The notes below the pieces were generated by a model that made no database searches, was not told the origin of the DNA, and worked only from the letters and a program-made list of their open reading frames with translations. Below are positions 1 to 11,076 of a DNA stretch of 64,000 nt, piece by piece (position 1 is the stretch's first letter; every line of letters starts with the position of its first letter). The position numbers and the translations under genes are program-made. The DNA is from an uncultured Rhodoferax sp. (GTDB lineage: Bacteria > Pseudomonadota > Gammaproteobacteria > Burkholderiales > Burkholderiaceae_C). Location of the stretch: NCBI RefSeq assembly GCF_946221635.1, contig NZ_CAMIHB010000006.1, forward strand, positions 3,522-67,521, written 5' to 3'.

Positions 1-90
1 CACCTCCACAATGCGCCCGGCCTGCACGGCCACCGACATGTTCTTGCGCCCATCGGGTAGGGTGGCATTGTGGATGAGCAGATCGAGCAT
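1..90 (-). CDS. 5' end of an amidohydrolase-family gene that runs off the window (N-terminus MLDLLIHNATLPDGRKNMSVAVQAGRIVEV)
   Basis: Reverse-complement translation from the ATG at ~88-90 gives an N-terminus typical of metal-dependent amidohydrolases/deaminases. Only 30 codons are in the window. Confidence 0.4.
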   Translation of the reverse strand, partial: MLDLLIHNATLPDGRKNMSVAVQAGRIVEV

Positions 91-166
91 GATGGGCCTT
101 CAATTTCGTTACTATGGATTTGATAGCTGCTTGCGCAATAAATACGGGGGCTAGAGGCTGATTCGA

Positions 167-1144
167 CTAGGTATTGCCGGCCTCAGGAGCTGCAAGCAAA
201 AAGTGTGGCAAGTATTCTTCCACCAGCTCGGTAACAATGAGCGATTGCAACGCGTCCCTGCCACTCTTGTTGGGGTCACGCCCCAGTTGCCGGGACAGCC
301 CCAGTTTGATGCGCGCAAAGTCCAGTGGGTGGATGGTGCGCATCAACGCCATCTCGCCCGAGGTGGCCACCACCATCTGGTCCACGCGCCGGGCAGACTG
401 CAGGCGCTCGCCCATGGACACCTGCACGGCCCAGAAGTCGTCGTCCTCGTCGCTCATGCGCAGCGGGTGCGGGTCGGCGTCTTTGGCAGCGCGGCGAATG
501 ATGTCGACCTCGAAGCCGTCCTGGTTGCGGGCGGTATAGAGCTGGTCTTCCACGACTTCAAAGCTGGGATCCACCTTGCGCAGCACGCCAATCAGGGAGC
601 TGTCGAGCTTCTTCATGGTGGTGAAAAAGGAAATGTGTTTTCGGGTGTCAAACAGCATGTCCACATCGCGCGTGGCCATGGCTTCCTCGGTGATGCGCAC
701 GCCGGCGGCCGATTCATAGGCATACAGGGCATGAGTACCGACCACCAAAAAGTGTTCCTGCACGCCGATGCTCTCCAGGGCATTGATGACTCCAACAACC
801 ACATTGGGTACGCGGCCCACGCGCAGGGCACGGTTCAGTCGCTGCTGGGTGGCAAGTTGGGTCTTGAGGGCTTTGAGGCGCGCTTCTGCGGCAGATTTGC
901 GCGCCACAAAACTGTCGTACATGGCCTGGGTGTCATCACCATGGGGCCCAAGTGACTTCTGGGCACCGCTGGCCGAGGTACGTATCAGCGTGCGCTTGCC
1001 GCGCAGTTCACGCCAGAGCATGCTGCCGCGCACTTCTGCGGCGGCCTTCTTGGCCTTGGCCAGCGCGAGGAACACCGTTTCTGCGTCAATGTATTGGCGC
1101 TTCTGGCTCTCGGACTGGTCGAGAAAAAAGGTGCTCTCGGGCAT
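167..1144 (-). CDS. Nucleotidyltransferase-fold protein, AbiEii/GSU2403-like
   Basis: The 325-327 aa ORF carries the motif VVGTHALYAY...ATRDVDMLFD, resembling the GGTAL...R-S-D-D-F signature of AbiEii-type nucleotidyltransferases. The likely start is the ATG at 1144; the track's TTG at 1150 is an upstream alternative. Confidence 0.45.
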   Translation of the reverse strand: MPESTFFLDQSESQKRQYIDAETVFLALAKAKKAAAEVRGSMLWRELRGKRTLIRTSASGAQKSLGPHGDDTQAMYDSFVARKSAAEARLKALKTQLATQQRLNRALRVGRVPNVVVGVINALESIGVQEHFLVVGTHALYAYESAAGVRITEEAMATRDVDMLFDTRKHISFFTTMKKLDSSLIGVLRKVDPSFEVVEDQLYTARNQDGFEVDIIRRAAKDADPHPLRMSDEDDDFWAVQVSMGERLQSARRVDQMVVATSGEMALMRTIHPLDFARIKLGLSRQLGRDPNKSGRDALQSLIVTELVEEYLPHFLLAAPEAGNT

Positions 1145-1183
1145 GTTCAATGTATTTTTTGATTTTCAAATAATACATTGAAC
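1145..1183. promoter_or_regulatory. Perfect 12 bp inverted repeat GTTCAATGTATT-N15-AATACATTGAAC in an AT-rich intergenic region, overlapping the start of the nucleotidyltransferase gene
   Basis: Read directly from the sequence. It lies between the upp stop (1210) and the 5' end of the nucleotidyltransferase gene. It is not followed by a U-run on either strand, so it looks more like an operator than a terminator. Confidence 0.4.
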
Positions 1184-1209
1184 ATTTAATAAATTCAAAG
1201 ACTTATGAA

Positions 1210-1863
1210 TTATTGAGTGCCAAAAATCCGGTCCCCCGCATCCCCCAGGCCCGGCATGATGTAGCCGTGGTCGTTCAGCTCGCGGTCGATGGCGGCGGTG
1301 AAGATGCGCACGTCCGGGTGTTCGCGGTACATGGTGTTGATGCCCTCGGGGCAGGTCAGCAGGCACAGGAACTTGATGGACTTGGGATTGCAGGCCTTCA
1401 GGCGCGTCACGGCGGCGGCGGCCGAGTTGCCGGTGGCCAGCATGGGGTCGACCACGACCACGTCGCGTTCTTCCATGTTGCTGGGCATCTTGAAGTAGTA
1501 CTCCACGGCCTGCAGGGTCTTGGGGTCGCGGTACAGGCCCACATGGCCCACGCGGGCGCCGGGCACCACGCTGAGCACGCCGTCCAGAATGCCGTTGCCC
1601 GCCCGCAGCACGCTGGCAAACACCAGCTTCTTGCCGTCGATGACTTTGCCGGTCATGGTTTCCAGCGGGGTTTCGACCTGCACGTCCTGCAAGGGCATGT
1701 CGCGGCAGACTTCGTAAATCATCAGGCCGGCCAGCTCGTTAAGCAGGCGGCGGAAGCTGCTGGTGCTGGCTTCTTTCTTGCGCATCAGGGTGAGCTTGTG
1801 CTGCACCAGGGGGTGGTCGATCAGCGTGACGTTGGCACGGGCTGCGGGGTCGATGGCAATCAT
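1210..1863 (-). CDS. upp: Uracil phosphoribosyltransferase
   Basis: The translation ([31 protein letters not shown]...[13 protein letters not shown]) is a full-length UPRTase. The start was chosen at the internal Met, giving ~217 aa. Confidence 0.9.
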   Translation of the reverse strand: MIAIDPAARANVTLIDHPLVQHKLTLMRKKEASTSSFRRLLNELAGLMIYEVCRDMPLQDVQVETPLETMTGKVIDGKKLVFASVLRAGNGILDGVLSVVPGARVGHVGLYRDPKTLQAVEYYFKMPSNMEERDVVVVDPMLATGNSAAAAVTRLKACNPKSIKFLCLLTCPEGINTMYREHPDVRIFTAAIDRELNDHGYIMPGLGDAGDRIFGTQ

Positions 1864-1949
1864 GGTTTTTTCCTTGTAATGGTTATGGGGGACGATGGTG
1901 CGATTGTCGCAAAGCAAGCAGGTTTCGCGCCCGTCTCCAGTCAGAGTGT

Positions 1950-3533
<1,584 letters not shown>

Positions 3534-3591
3534 GGATGTCCCGAAAAGTACAATTGAGGGAGTAGCGTAACGAATTTTTGAAGGATTTCGC

Positions 3592-4311
3592 GTGGCAGGA
3601 CACAGCAAATGGGCCAATATTCAGCACCGCAAGGGGCGCCAGGACGAGAAGCGCGGCAAGATCTGGACCCGCATCGTCCGTGAAATCACGGTGGCGGCCC
3701 GCCAGGGTGGCGGAGACCCCGCCATGAACCCGCGCCTGCGCCTGGCGATTGAAAAGGCCAAGGCCGCCAACATGCCCGCCGACCGTGTGAAGTACAACGT
3801 GGACAAGGCCACCGGCTCGCTCGACGGCATCAGCTATGAGGAAATCCGCTACGAAGGCTATGGCATCGGCGGCGCGGCCATCATCGTCGACACCATGACC
3901 GACAACAAGGTGCGCACCGTGGCCGAAGTGCGCCACGCCTTCAGCAAGCACGGTGGCAACATGGGCACCGAAGGCTCGGTGGCCTTCCAGTTCAAGCATG
4001 TGGGCCAACTGATTTTTGCCCCCGGTACCAGTGAAGACAAGGTCATGGAAGTGGCGCTGGAAGCTGGCGCCGAGGACGTGATTACCGATGACGATGGCGC
4101 CATTGAGGTGCTGACCGCCTACACGGACTTTGAAGCGGTGAAGGCTGCGCTGGAAGCCGCGGGCCTGACGGCGGAAATCGCTGGCGTCACCATGCGCGCC
4201 GAAAACACCATTGAGCTGAGCGGCGAAGACGCCGAACGCATGCAAAAACTGCTGGACGTTCTGGAGGACTTGGATGACACCCAGGACATCTTCCACAACG
4301 CCGCCCTTTAA
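3592..4311 (+). CDS. yebC: YebC/PmpR family DNA-binding transcriptional regulator
   Basis: [32 protein letters not shown]... is the canonical YebC N-terminus, and the protein is 239 aa. Confidence 0.92.
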   Translation: MAGHSKWANIQHRKGRQDEKRGKIWTRIVREITVAARQGGGDPAMNPRLRLAIEKAKAANMPADRVKYNVDKATGSLDGISYEEIRYEGYGIGGAAIIVDTMTDNKVRTVAEVRHAFSKHGGNMGTEGSVAFQFKHVGQLIFAPGTSEDKVMEVALEAGAEDVITDDDGAIEVLTAYTDFEAVKAALEAAGLTAEIAGVTMRAENTIELSGEDAERMQKLLDVLEDLDDTQDIFHNAAL

Positions 4312-4337
4312 TTTCTCCGCAGCCTCTCTATCTCACT

Positions 4338-5630
4338 ATGAACGTACTCGTTATTGGCGGCGGTGGTCGCGAGCATGCCCTGGCCTGGAAGTTGGCCCAG
4401 TCTCCCAAGATCCAGAAGGTCTATGTGGCCCCCGGCAACGGCGGCACCGCGACCGACCCACACCTGGAAAACATTGCCGTGACGGATGTGGTAGCGCTGC
4501 GCGAATGGGCGCAGAACAACAAGATCGCGCTGACCGTGGTGGGCCCCGAAGTGCCGTTGGCCGCCGGTGTGGTGGATGAATTCCGCGCCCACGGCCTGCG
4601 CATCTTCGGCCCGACCAAGGCCGCCGCCCAGTTGGAAAGCTCCAAGGCTTTCAGCAAGGCCTTCATGCGCCGCCACAACATTCCCACGGCCGAATACGCC
4701 ACTTTCTCCGACCCCGCCGCCGCCCACGCCTATGTGGACAAGATGGGGGCGCCCACCGTGGTCAAGGCCGACGGCCTGGCCGCCGGCAAGGGCGTGGTGG
4801 TGGCCATGACCGTGGCAGAAGCGCACGAAGCCATCGATTTCATGCTGGTGGATAACACCCTGGGCGTGGCGCATAACGACGGTGGTGCCCGTGTGGTTAT
4901 CGAAGAATTCCTGGAAGGCGAGGAGGCCAGCTTCATCGTCATGGTGGACGGTAAGAACGTGCTGCCCCTGGCCACCAGCCAGGACCACAAGCGCCTGCAG
5001 GATGGCGACCAGGGCCCCAACACCGGCGGTATGGGCGCCTATTCGCCCGCACCCGTGGTCACGCCTGACATCCATGCCAAGGCCATGCGCGAGATCATCC
5101 TGCCCACCGTCAAGGGCATGGAAGCCGACGGCATTCCGTTCAGCGGCTTTCTCTACGCCGGCCTGATGATCGACAAGAATGGCCAGCCGCGCACGCTGGA
5201 GTTCAACTGCCGCATGGGCGACCCCGAAACTCAGCCCATCATGATGCGCCTCAAGACCGATCTGGTGGACGTGCTGATGGCCGCCACCGAACCCGGCCCG
5301 CATGGCAAGCTCGACGAGGTGGAGCTGCAGTGGGACCGCCGCACCGCGTTGGGCGTGGTGCTGGCAGCGCACGGCTACCCCTCAAGCCCGCGCAAGGGCG
5401 ATGCCATCACCGGCATCCCCAAGGACAGCGAAGACGCCGCCGTGTTCCACGCTGGCACGACCATCAAAGACGGCCAGTTGCAAACCTCTGGCGGGCGCGT
5501 GCTCTGCGTGACGGCGCTGGCCGACAGCGTGAAGCAGGCGCAGCAGCGCGCCTACCAGGTGGTCAGCGAGATCCAGTTTGAGGGCATGCAGTACCGCAGC
5601 GACATCGGTTACCGCGCCGTCAAGGGCTGA
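4338..5630 (+). CDS. purD: Phosphoribosylamine--glycine ligase
   Basis: The 430 aa ATP-grasp protein MNVLVIGGGGREHALAWKLAQSP... matches PurD. Confidence 0.95.
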   Translation: MNVLVIGGGGREHALAWKLAQSPKIQKVYVAPGNGGTATDPHLENIAVTDVVALREWAQNNKIALTVVGPEVPLAAGVVDEFRAHGLRIFGPTKAAAQLESSKAFSKAFMRRHNIPTAEYATFSDPAAAHAYVDKMGAPTVVKADGLAAGKGVVVAMTVAEAHEAIDFMLVDNTLGVAHNDGGARVVIEEFLEGEEASFIVMVDGKNVLPLATSQDHKRLQDGDQGPNTGGMGAYSPAPVVTPDIHAKAMREIILPTVKGMEADGIPFSGFLYAGLMIDKNGQPRTLEFNCRMGDPETQPIMMRLKTDLVDVLMAATEPGPHGKLDEVELQWDRRTALGVVLAAHGYPSSPRKGDAITGIPKDSEDAAVFHAGTTIKDGQLQTSGGRVLCVTALADSVKQAQQRAYQVVSEIQFEGMQYRSDIGYRAVKG

Positions 5631-5634
5631 GCGG

Positions 5635-6276
5635 GTGCCACTGGCAGAAAAGCCCCCGCAGCCTGTGCAGCTGCGGGGCAGCCCGCTGGCGCGCTGGGTG
5701 TTGCGCCGCTTGGGCTGGGAGCTGCGCTTTGAGGGCCTGCCGGCCTTGCAGGGCGTGTTTGCCGTTTATCCGCACACCAGCAACTGGGACTTTGTACTGG
5801 CGATGACGGCCAAATGGGCCTTGGGCTTGCAGGTGAGCTTCTGGGGCAAGGACACCCTGTTTCGCATCCCGATGTTCGGGCGCTGGCTGCGTTGGGTGGG
5901 CGGCGTTCCGGTGCTGCGCCATGCACCGCAAGGTGTGGTGGGCCAGATGGTGGCGCGCATGCACCAGGCCCGCGAGAACGCCGAGCTGTTCTGGCTGGGC
6001 CTGTCGCCCGAAGGCACCCGGCGCTGGACACCGGGCTGGCGCAGCGGTTTCTACCAGGTGACGCTGGGTGCAGGCGTGCCTCTGGGCGTGGTGAGCCTGG
6101 ACTATGGTCGCAAGGTGGTGGATGCCACCCGTTTCATGACCCTGAGCGGCGATGTCCAAGCGGACTTTGCCCGCATTGCCGAATTGTTGGCCGGTGTGCA
6201 GGGCAAGAACCCTGCGCTGGCCGCCCCCATACAAACGCTGCCTGCGCCTGCGCAAGCTGCTACAAAGACGGAATGA
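5635..6276 (+). CDS. Lysophospholipid (1-acyl-sn-glycerol-3-phosphate) acyltransferase-like protein
   Basis: It carries the HTSNWDF (HXXXXD) acyltransferase motif. The likely start is the GTG at 5635, just after the purD stop; the longer track ORF overlaps purD. Confidence 0.6.
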   Translation: MPLAEKPPQPVQLRGSPLARWVLRRLGWELRFEGLPALQGVFAVYPHTSNWDFVLAMTAKWALGLQVSFWGKDTLFRIPMFGRWLRWVGGVPVLRHAPQGVVGQMVARMHQARENAELFWLGLSPEGTRRWTPGWRSGFYQVTLGAGVPLGVVSLDYGRKVVDATRFMTLSGDVQADFARIAELLAGVQGKNPALAAPIQTLPAPAQAATKTE

Positions 6277-7205
6277 TTGCCATGGCCGAAAACCTTGCCA
6301 CTCCTGAACTGGTGCGTGCCTATCTGATGGGCCTGCAGAGCCGCATTACCGCAGCGATCGCCGAAATAGATGGTGGCCGGTTCCTGGTCGACCCCTGGGA
6401 GAAAGCGGCCCACGAGCCGCTGCAGGGCAATGGCATCACGCAGATCCTGGAAGGCGGGGCGGTGTTTGAGCGCGCGGGCTGCGGTTTCTCGCATGTGCGC
6501 GGTCCCAAGCTGCCGCCCAGTGCCACCCAGCACCGGCCCGAGCTGGCCGGCGCGCCGTTCGAGGCCATGGGCGTGTCGCTGGTTTTCCATCCGCGCAACC
6601 CCTATGTGCCCACGGTGCACATGAATGTGCGCATGCTCGCCGCCAAGAACCCGCAGGGCGAGGAAGTCTGCTGGTTTGGCGGTGGCATGGACCTCACGCC
6701 GTACTACGGCTTTGACGAGGACGCGGTGCACTTCCACCAGACCTGCAAGGACGCGCTGGACCCCTTCGGCACTGACAAGTACCCGCACTTCAAGAAATGG
6801 TGCGATGCGTACTTTTTCCTCAAGCACCGCAACGAGCCGCGCGGTGTGGGCGGTGTGTTCTTTGACGACTTCTCCGAGCTGGGCCAGGACCGCAGCTTTG
6901 CCTTGCTGCAGGCGGTGGGGGACGCCTTTTTGACGGCCTACCTGCCCATTGTGCAGCGCCGTAAGGACATGGCGTACACCGAGCGCGAGCGCGACTTCCA
7001 GCTCTACCGCCGCGGCCGCTACGTGGAGTTCAACCTGGTCTGGGACCGCGGTACGCACTTCGGCCTGCAGTCCGGTGGGCGCACCGAATCCATCCTGCTA
7101 TCCATGCCGCCGCTGGTGAGCTGGGCCTACCAGCAGCAGCCTGAGCCGGGCTCGCCCGAAGCGCGCCTGACGGAGCACTTCCTGACGGCGAGGGATTGGG
7201 TGTGA
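6273..7205 (+). CDS. hemF: Oxygen-dependent coproporphyrinogen-III oxidase
   Basis: The 310 aa protein contains ...[21 protein letters not shown]...[12 protein letters not shown]..., typical of HemF. Its start ATG overlaps the upstream stop as ATGA. Confidence 0.92.
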   Translation: MIAMAENLATPELVRAYLMGLQSRITAAIAEIDGGRFLVDPWEKAAHEPLQGNGITQILEGGAVFERAGCGFSHVRGPKLPPSATQHRPELAGAPFEAMGVSLVFHPRNPYVPTVHMNVRMLAAKNPQGEEVCWFGGGMDLTPYYGFDEDAVHFHQTCKDALDPFGTDKYPHFKKWCDAYFFLKHRNEPRGVGGVFFDDFSELGQDRSFALLQAVGDAFLTAYLPIVQRRKDMAYTERERDFQLYRRGRYVEFNLVWDRGTHFGLQSGGRTESILLSMPPLVSWAYQQQPEPGSPEARLTEHFLTARDWV

Positions 7206-7822
7206 CCCAGTCCGCCGCAGTGCAGCCGCGCCGTATTGGTGTGTTTGGCGGGGCGTTTGACCCACCGCACGTGGGTCACCACGCCTTGGCTTCCACGGCG
7301 ATTGCCCAGCTGCAACTCGATGCCCTGCACATCATCCCCACGGGCCATGCCTGGCACAAGAGCCGCACGCTGAGCGAAGCTTCGCACCGCTTGGCTATGG
7401 TGCGGCTGGCCTTTGCCGATCTGCCGCAGGTGGTGGTGGACGGGCGCGAAATCGCACGTCCCGGCCCGACCTACACGGTGGACACGCTGGAAGAGTTGCA
7501 GGGGGAAAACCCTGGCGCGCAGCTCTTCCTGCTCATCGGCGAGGACCAGGCCCGCGCACTGCCCAGCTGGAGCCGTTGGGAGCGCCTGCCTGCACTTGCT
7601 ATAATTTGTGTAGCTGCTCGCGCAGATTCAACGGGGGCCAAGGGCCAATTTGATGCCCTGAAAGCACATGCGGCCGATTTGACGGTGCTGAACATGCCCC
7701 CCGTGGCCCTCAGTGCCACCGACATCCGACACCGCGCCACCACGGGCCAGAGCCTGGTCCCACTGGTTTTTGAACCGGTTGCGCGTTATATTGACCAACA
7801 CCAGCTTTACCGACCTGCCTGA
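7196..7822 (+). CDS. nadD: Nicotinate-nucleotide adenylyltransferase
   Basis: It has the [17 protein letters not shown] motif. Repeat copy A (7596-7665) lies inside it. Confidence 0.88.
   Translation: MGVTQSAAVQPRRIGVFGGAFDPPHVGHHALASTAIAQLQLDALHIIPTGHAWHKSRTLSEASHRLAMVRLAFADLPQVVVDGREIARPGPTYTVDTLEELQGENPGAQLFLLIGEDQARALPSWSRWERLPALAIICVAARADSTGAKGQFDALKAHAADLTVLNMPPVALSATDIRHRATTGQSLVPLVFEPVARYIDQHQLYRPA
7596..7665 (+). repeat. Dispersed in-frame mini-element copy A, inside nadD
   Basis: TTGCTATAATTTGTGTAGCTGCTCGCGCAGATTCAACGGGGGCCAAGGGCCAATTTGATGCC. It is AT-richer than its flanks and is translated as ...[16 protein letters not shown]... Confidence 0.7.
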
Positions 7823-8523
7823 TGACCACTTCCACTGTTGCCAAAAAAGACACCCAAAAACTCCAGCGCGCCATCGTGGATGGCCTGGAAGATGTGAAAG
7901 CACAGGACATCGTCGTATTTGACACCGAGCACCTCTCGGCCCTGTTTGAACGCGTGATCATTGCCTCGGGCACCAGCAACCGCCAGACCAAGGCGCTGGC
8001 CGCCAGTGTGCGCGACGCTGTGCGCGAAGCCGGCTTCCCCAAGCCCCGTATCGAAGGCGAGGACAACGGCGAATGGATCATTGTGGACTGCGCGCAGGCG
8101 GTGGTGCACATCATGCAACCCACCTTCCGCCAGTACTACCACCTCGAAGAGCTGTGGGGCGAAAAGCCGGTGCGCCTGAAGCTGGGTGCGGCCAAACCGG
8201 CCCAGTCCGAAGCGACCAAAGCCGCCGCCAAGGCCCCGGCCAAGAAGGTGGCAGGCGAGAGCAGCGTGCGCCGATCCAGCGCCGCCAAGAAGGGTGTGGA
8301 AGAAGCCTTCCCTTCCAAAGCTGCACTGAAGAAAGCTGCGGCCAAGGCTGCGCCGGCCGAAGCCCCCGCGAAGAAGGCTGCGGCCAAGAAGGCGGCGCCC
8401 GCCAAGGCGCCCGTGAAAACCGTGGTGGTCAAACCCGCAGTGAAGCCTGCCGCCAAGAAGGTGGCTGCCAAGGCGCCGGCCAAAAAGGCCCCCGCCAAGA
8501 AAGCGGCTTCCCGTAAAGCCTGA
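7822..8523 (+). CDS. rsfS: Ribosome silencing factor RsfS (Iojap) with a ~110 aa Lys/Ala/Pro-rich histone-H1-like C-terminal extension
   Basis: Residues 1-115 align to RsfS (DIVVFDT...[10 protein letters not shown]...[16 protein letters not shown]). Residues ~120-233 are [12 protein letters not shown]-type repeats. Confidence 0.85.
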   Translation: MTTSTVAKKDTQKLQRAIVDGLEDVKAQDIVVFDTEHLSALFERVIIASGTSNRQTKALAASVRDAVREAGFPKPRIEGEDNGEWIIVDCAQAVVHIMQPTFRQYYHLEELWGEKPVRLKLGAAKPAQSEATKAAAKAPAKKVAGESSVRRSSAAKKGVEEAFPSKAALKKAAAKAAPAEAPAKKAAAKKAAPAKAPVKTVVVKPAVKPAAKKVAAKAPAKKAPAKKAASRKA

Positions 8524-8531
8524 GGCCGGCC

Positions 8532-8999
8532 GTGCGGCTGCTCATTGTCGCTGTGGGGCAGCGGGTACCGGACTGGGCGCAAACCGCCTGGGACGACTAC
8601 GCCAAGCGCTTTCCCCATGAGCTCAAGGTCGAACTCAAGGCCATCAAGACCGAGCCCCGCGGCTCCAAGACCGTGGAGCAGTTGTATGCGGCCGAGCGCA
8701 AGCGCATTGAGGAGGCCATCCCCAAAGGGACACGCATCGTCGCGTTGGACGAGCGCGGTACCAGCCTGCGCACCACGGCGCTGGCCGAGCGGCTCAAGGA
8801 ATGGCAGTTGGGGGGCAGCGACGTGGCCCTGGTGATCGGTGGCCCCGATGGCCTGGACCCCGAATTCCGCCATGCTGCCCACGAACGCATCCGCCTTTCC
8901 GACCTGACCCTGCCGCACGCCATGGTGCGGGTGCTGCTGATCGAGCAGCTCTACCGCGCCTGGTCTGTCAATGCCAACCACCCTTACCACCGCGAATGA
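8532..8999 (+). CDS. rlmH: 23S rRNA (pseudouridine1915-N3)-methyltransferase
   Basis: The 155 aa protein [27 protein letters not shown]... is of SPOUT family RlmH. Confidence 0.93.
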   Translation: MRLLIVAVGQRVPDWAQTAWDDYAKRFPHELKVELKAIKTEPRGSKTVEQLYAAERKRIEEAIPKGTRIVALDERGTSLRTTALAERLKEWQLGGSDVALVIGGPDGLDPEFRHAAHERIRLSDLTLPHAMVRVLLIEQLYRAWSVNANHPYHRE

Positions 9000-9610
9000 C
9001 TGATTTCATTTATCTGGCCTCCCAAAGCCCGCGCCGCCGTGAGTTGCTGGGGCAGATCGGCGTGGCCCACGAATTGTTGCTGCCCACGCCTGACGAGGAT
9101 GCGGAGAGCCTGGAGGTGGTTCTGGCCGGGGAGGCGCCCGATGCGTATGTGCAGCGTGTAACTGCTCTTAAATTGATAGCTGCTCGCGCACGTTGGACAA
9201 GGGCTAAGGGGCAAAACAAGCCTGTTTTGTGTGCCGATACGACAGTGGCGCTGGGGGCGCAGATTCTGGGCAAACCCGAGGATGCGGAGGATGCCAAGCG
9301 CATGCTGCGCGCGCTGTCTGGTCAGACGCACCGCGTGTTCACCGCGATTGCCATTGGATGGGGCGACAAGACGGTGCAGCGCCTGTGCGAATCCCAGGTG
9401 GTGTTTGCCGATCTGAGCGATGCCGAGATTGACGGCTACGTGGCCAGCGGCGAACCCATGGGCAAGGCCGGTGCCTATGGTGTGCAGGGCCGGGCGGCGG
9501 CATTTATCGCGCGCATCGAGGGCTCGTACTCTGGCATCATGGGCCTCCCTTTGTTTGAGACTGCGCAGGCCTTGCGCGAGCTGGGTTTCCCATGCAACAA
9601 GACATTCTGA
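8996..9610 (+). CDS. maf: Maf-like septum formation/nucleotide pyrophosphatase protein
   Basis: [23 protein letters not shown]...ADTTVAL...[10 protein letters not shown] matches Maf. The start overlaps the rlmH stop as ATGA. Repeat copy B lies inside it. Confidence 0.9.
   Translation: MTDFIYLASQSPRRRELLGQIGVAHELLLPTPDEDAESLEVVLAGEAPDAYVQRVTALKLIAARARWTRAKGQNKPVLCADTTVALGAQILGKPEDAEDAKRMLRALSGQTHRVFTAIAIGWGDKTVQRLCESQVVFADLSDAEIDGYVASGEPMGKAGAYGVQGRAAAFIARIEGSYSGIMGLPLFETAQALRELGFPCNKTF
9161..9232 (+). repeat. Mini-element copy B, inside maf
   Basis: ACTGCTCTTAAATTGATAGCTGCTCGCGCACGTTGGACAAGGGCTAAGGGGCAAAACAAGCCTGTTTTGTG. It is translated as [16 protein letters not shown]. Confidence 0.65.
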
Positions 9611-11067
9611 TCAACTGGTCGCCGCAGGAGACGCGCGTCGCCATCGTCGAGCACGGTGCCGTGCAGGAGCTGCACGTGGAGCGCACGCTGGAGCGCGGCT
9701 TGGTGGGCAATGTCTACTTGGGCAAGGTGGCGCGGGTGCTGCCGGGTATGCAGTCGGCCTTCATCGACATTGGTCTGGAGCGTGCAGCGTTTTTGCATGT
9801 GGCGGATGTCTGGCATCCTCCGGCGCCGGGTGAGTCGCTGAGCGAGTCGCGCGCCAACCAGCCTCAGGTGCCGATCGAGAAGCAGGTGTTCGAGGGGCAG
9901 TCGCTCATGGTGCAGGTCATCAAGGACCCCATAGGCACCAAGGGGGCACGCCTGTCGACCCAGATCAGCATTGCCGGCCGCCTGCTGGTGTTTCTGCCGC
10001 AGGATGACCATATCGGCGTGTCGCAAAAAATCCCCACGGCCCAGCGCGACGAGTTGCGCAGCCGCATGCAGGCCCTGGTGGGCAAGCAGGGTGGCGGTTT
10101 CATTCTCCGCACCAATGCCGAGGACGCCTCGGACACTGAGTTGGCAGAGGACATCGGCTATTTGCGCAAGGCTTGGGCGCGCATCAAGGAGGCATCGCTG
10201 CGCCTGCCCGCACAAAGCCTGCTACACCAGGATCTGAGCCTGCTGCAGCGTGTGTTGCGCGACTTGGTGGGCGAGGGCACCCAGACCATCCGCGTGGATT
10301 CGCGCGAGCAGTTCGAGGCGCTCAAGGCCTTTGGCTCGGAGTTCATGCCGGCGGCGGCAGAAAAGCTGCAGCACTACAAGGGGGAACGCCCGATCTTCGA
10401 TCTGTTCTCCATCGACGAGGAAGTGGCCAAGGCCTTGGGGCGGCGCGTGGAGCTCAAGTCGGGCGGTTACCTCATCGTGGACCAGACCGAGGCGCTGACC
10501 ACGGTGGACGTCAATACGGGCGGTTTCGTCGGTGCGCGCAATTTTGACGACACCATCTTCAAGACCAATCTGGAAGCGGCGCAGGCGATTGCGCGCCAAC
10601 TGCGTCTGCGCAATCTGGGTGGCATCATCATTGTCGATTTCATCGACATGGCGCGCGAAGACCACCGCGAGGCTGTTCTGAGCGAGTTCCGCAAGCAGCT
10701 CGCCCGCGACCGCGTCAAGACCATGGCTGGCGGTTTCTCGCAGCTGGGCCTGGTGGAGATGACGCGCAAGCGCACGCGTGAATCCTTGGCCCATATGCTG
10801 TGCGAGCCTTGCCCGACGTGTGAGGGCAAAGGGATTGTGAAAACGCCGCGCAGCGTGGCCTACGACATCCTGCGCGAGATTCTGCGCGAAGCACGCCAGT
10901 TCAACCCGCGCGAGTTCCGTGTGGTGGCGTCGCCCAAAGTTATCGAACTGTTTCTGGACGAAGAAAGCCAGCATCTGGCCGGTCTCTCGGAGTTCATCGG
11001 CAAGCCGGTCTCGCTGCAAAGCGAAGCGGCCATGGCGCAAGAACAGTACGACATCGTGCTTTTGTGA
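9592..11067 (+). CDS. rng: Ribonuclease G
   Basis: The 491 aa protein has an S1 domain plus the RNase E/G catalytic domain ([31 protein letters not shown]...). Confidence 0.93.
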   Translation: MQQDILINWSPQETRVAIVEHGAVQELHVERTLERGLVGNVYLGKVARVLPGMQSAFIDIGLERAAFLHVADVWHPPAPGESLSESRANQPQVPIEKQVFEGQSLMVQVIKDPIGTKGARLSTQISIAGRLLVFLPQDDHIGVSQKIPTAQRDELRSRMQALVGKQGGGFILRTNAEDASDTELAEDIGYLRKAWARIKEASLRLPAQSLLHQDLSLLQRVLRDLVGEGTQTIRVDSREQFEALKAFGSEFMPAAAEKLQHYKGERPIFDLFSIDEEVAKALGRRVELKSGGYLIVDQTEALTTVDVNTGGFVGARNFDDTIFKTNLEAAQAIARQLRLRNLGGIIIVDFIDMAREDHREAVLSEFRKQLARDRVKTMAGGFSQLGLVEMTRKRTRESLAHMLCEPCPTCEGKGIVKTPRSVAYDILREILREARQFNPREFRVVASPKVIELFLDEESQHLAGLSEFIGKPVSLQSEAAMAQEQYDIVLL

Positions 11068-11076
11068 GGGGAATGC

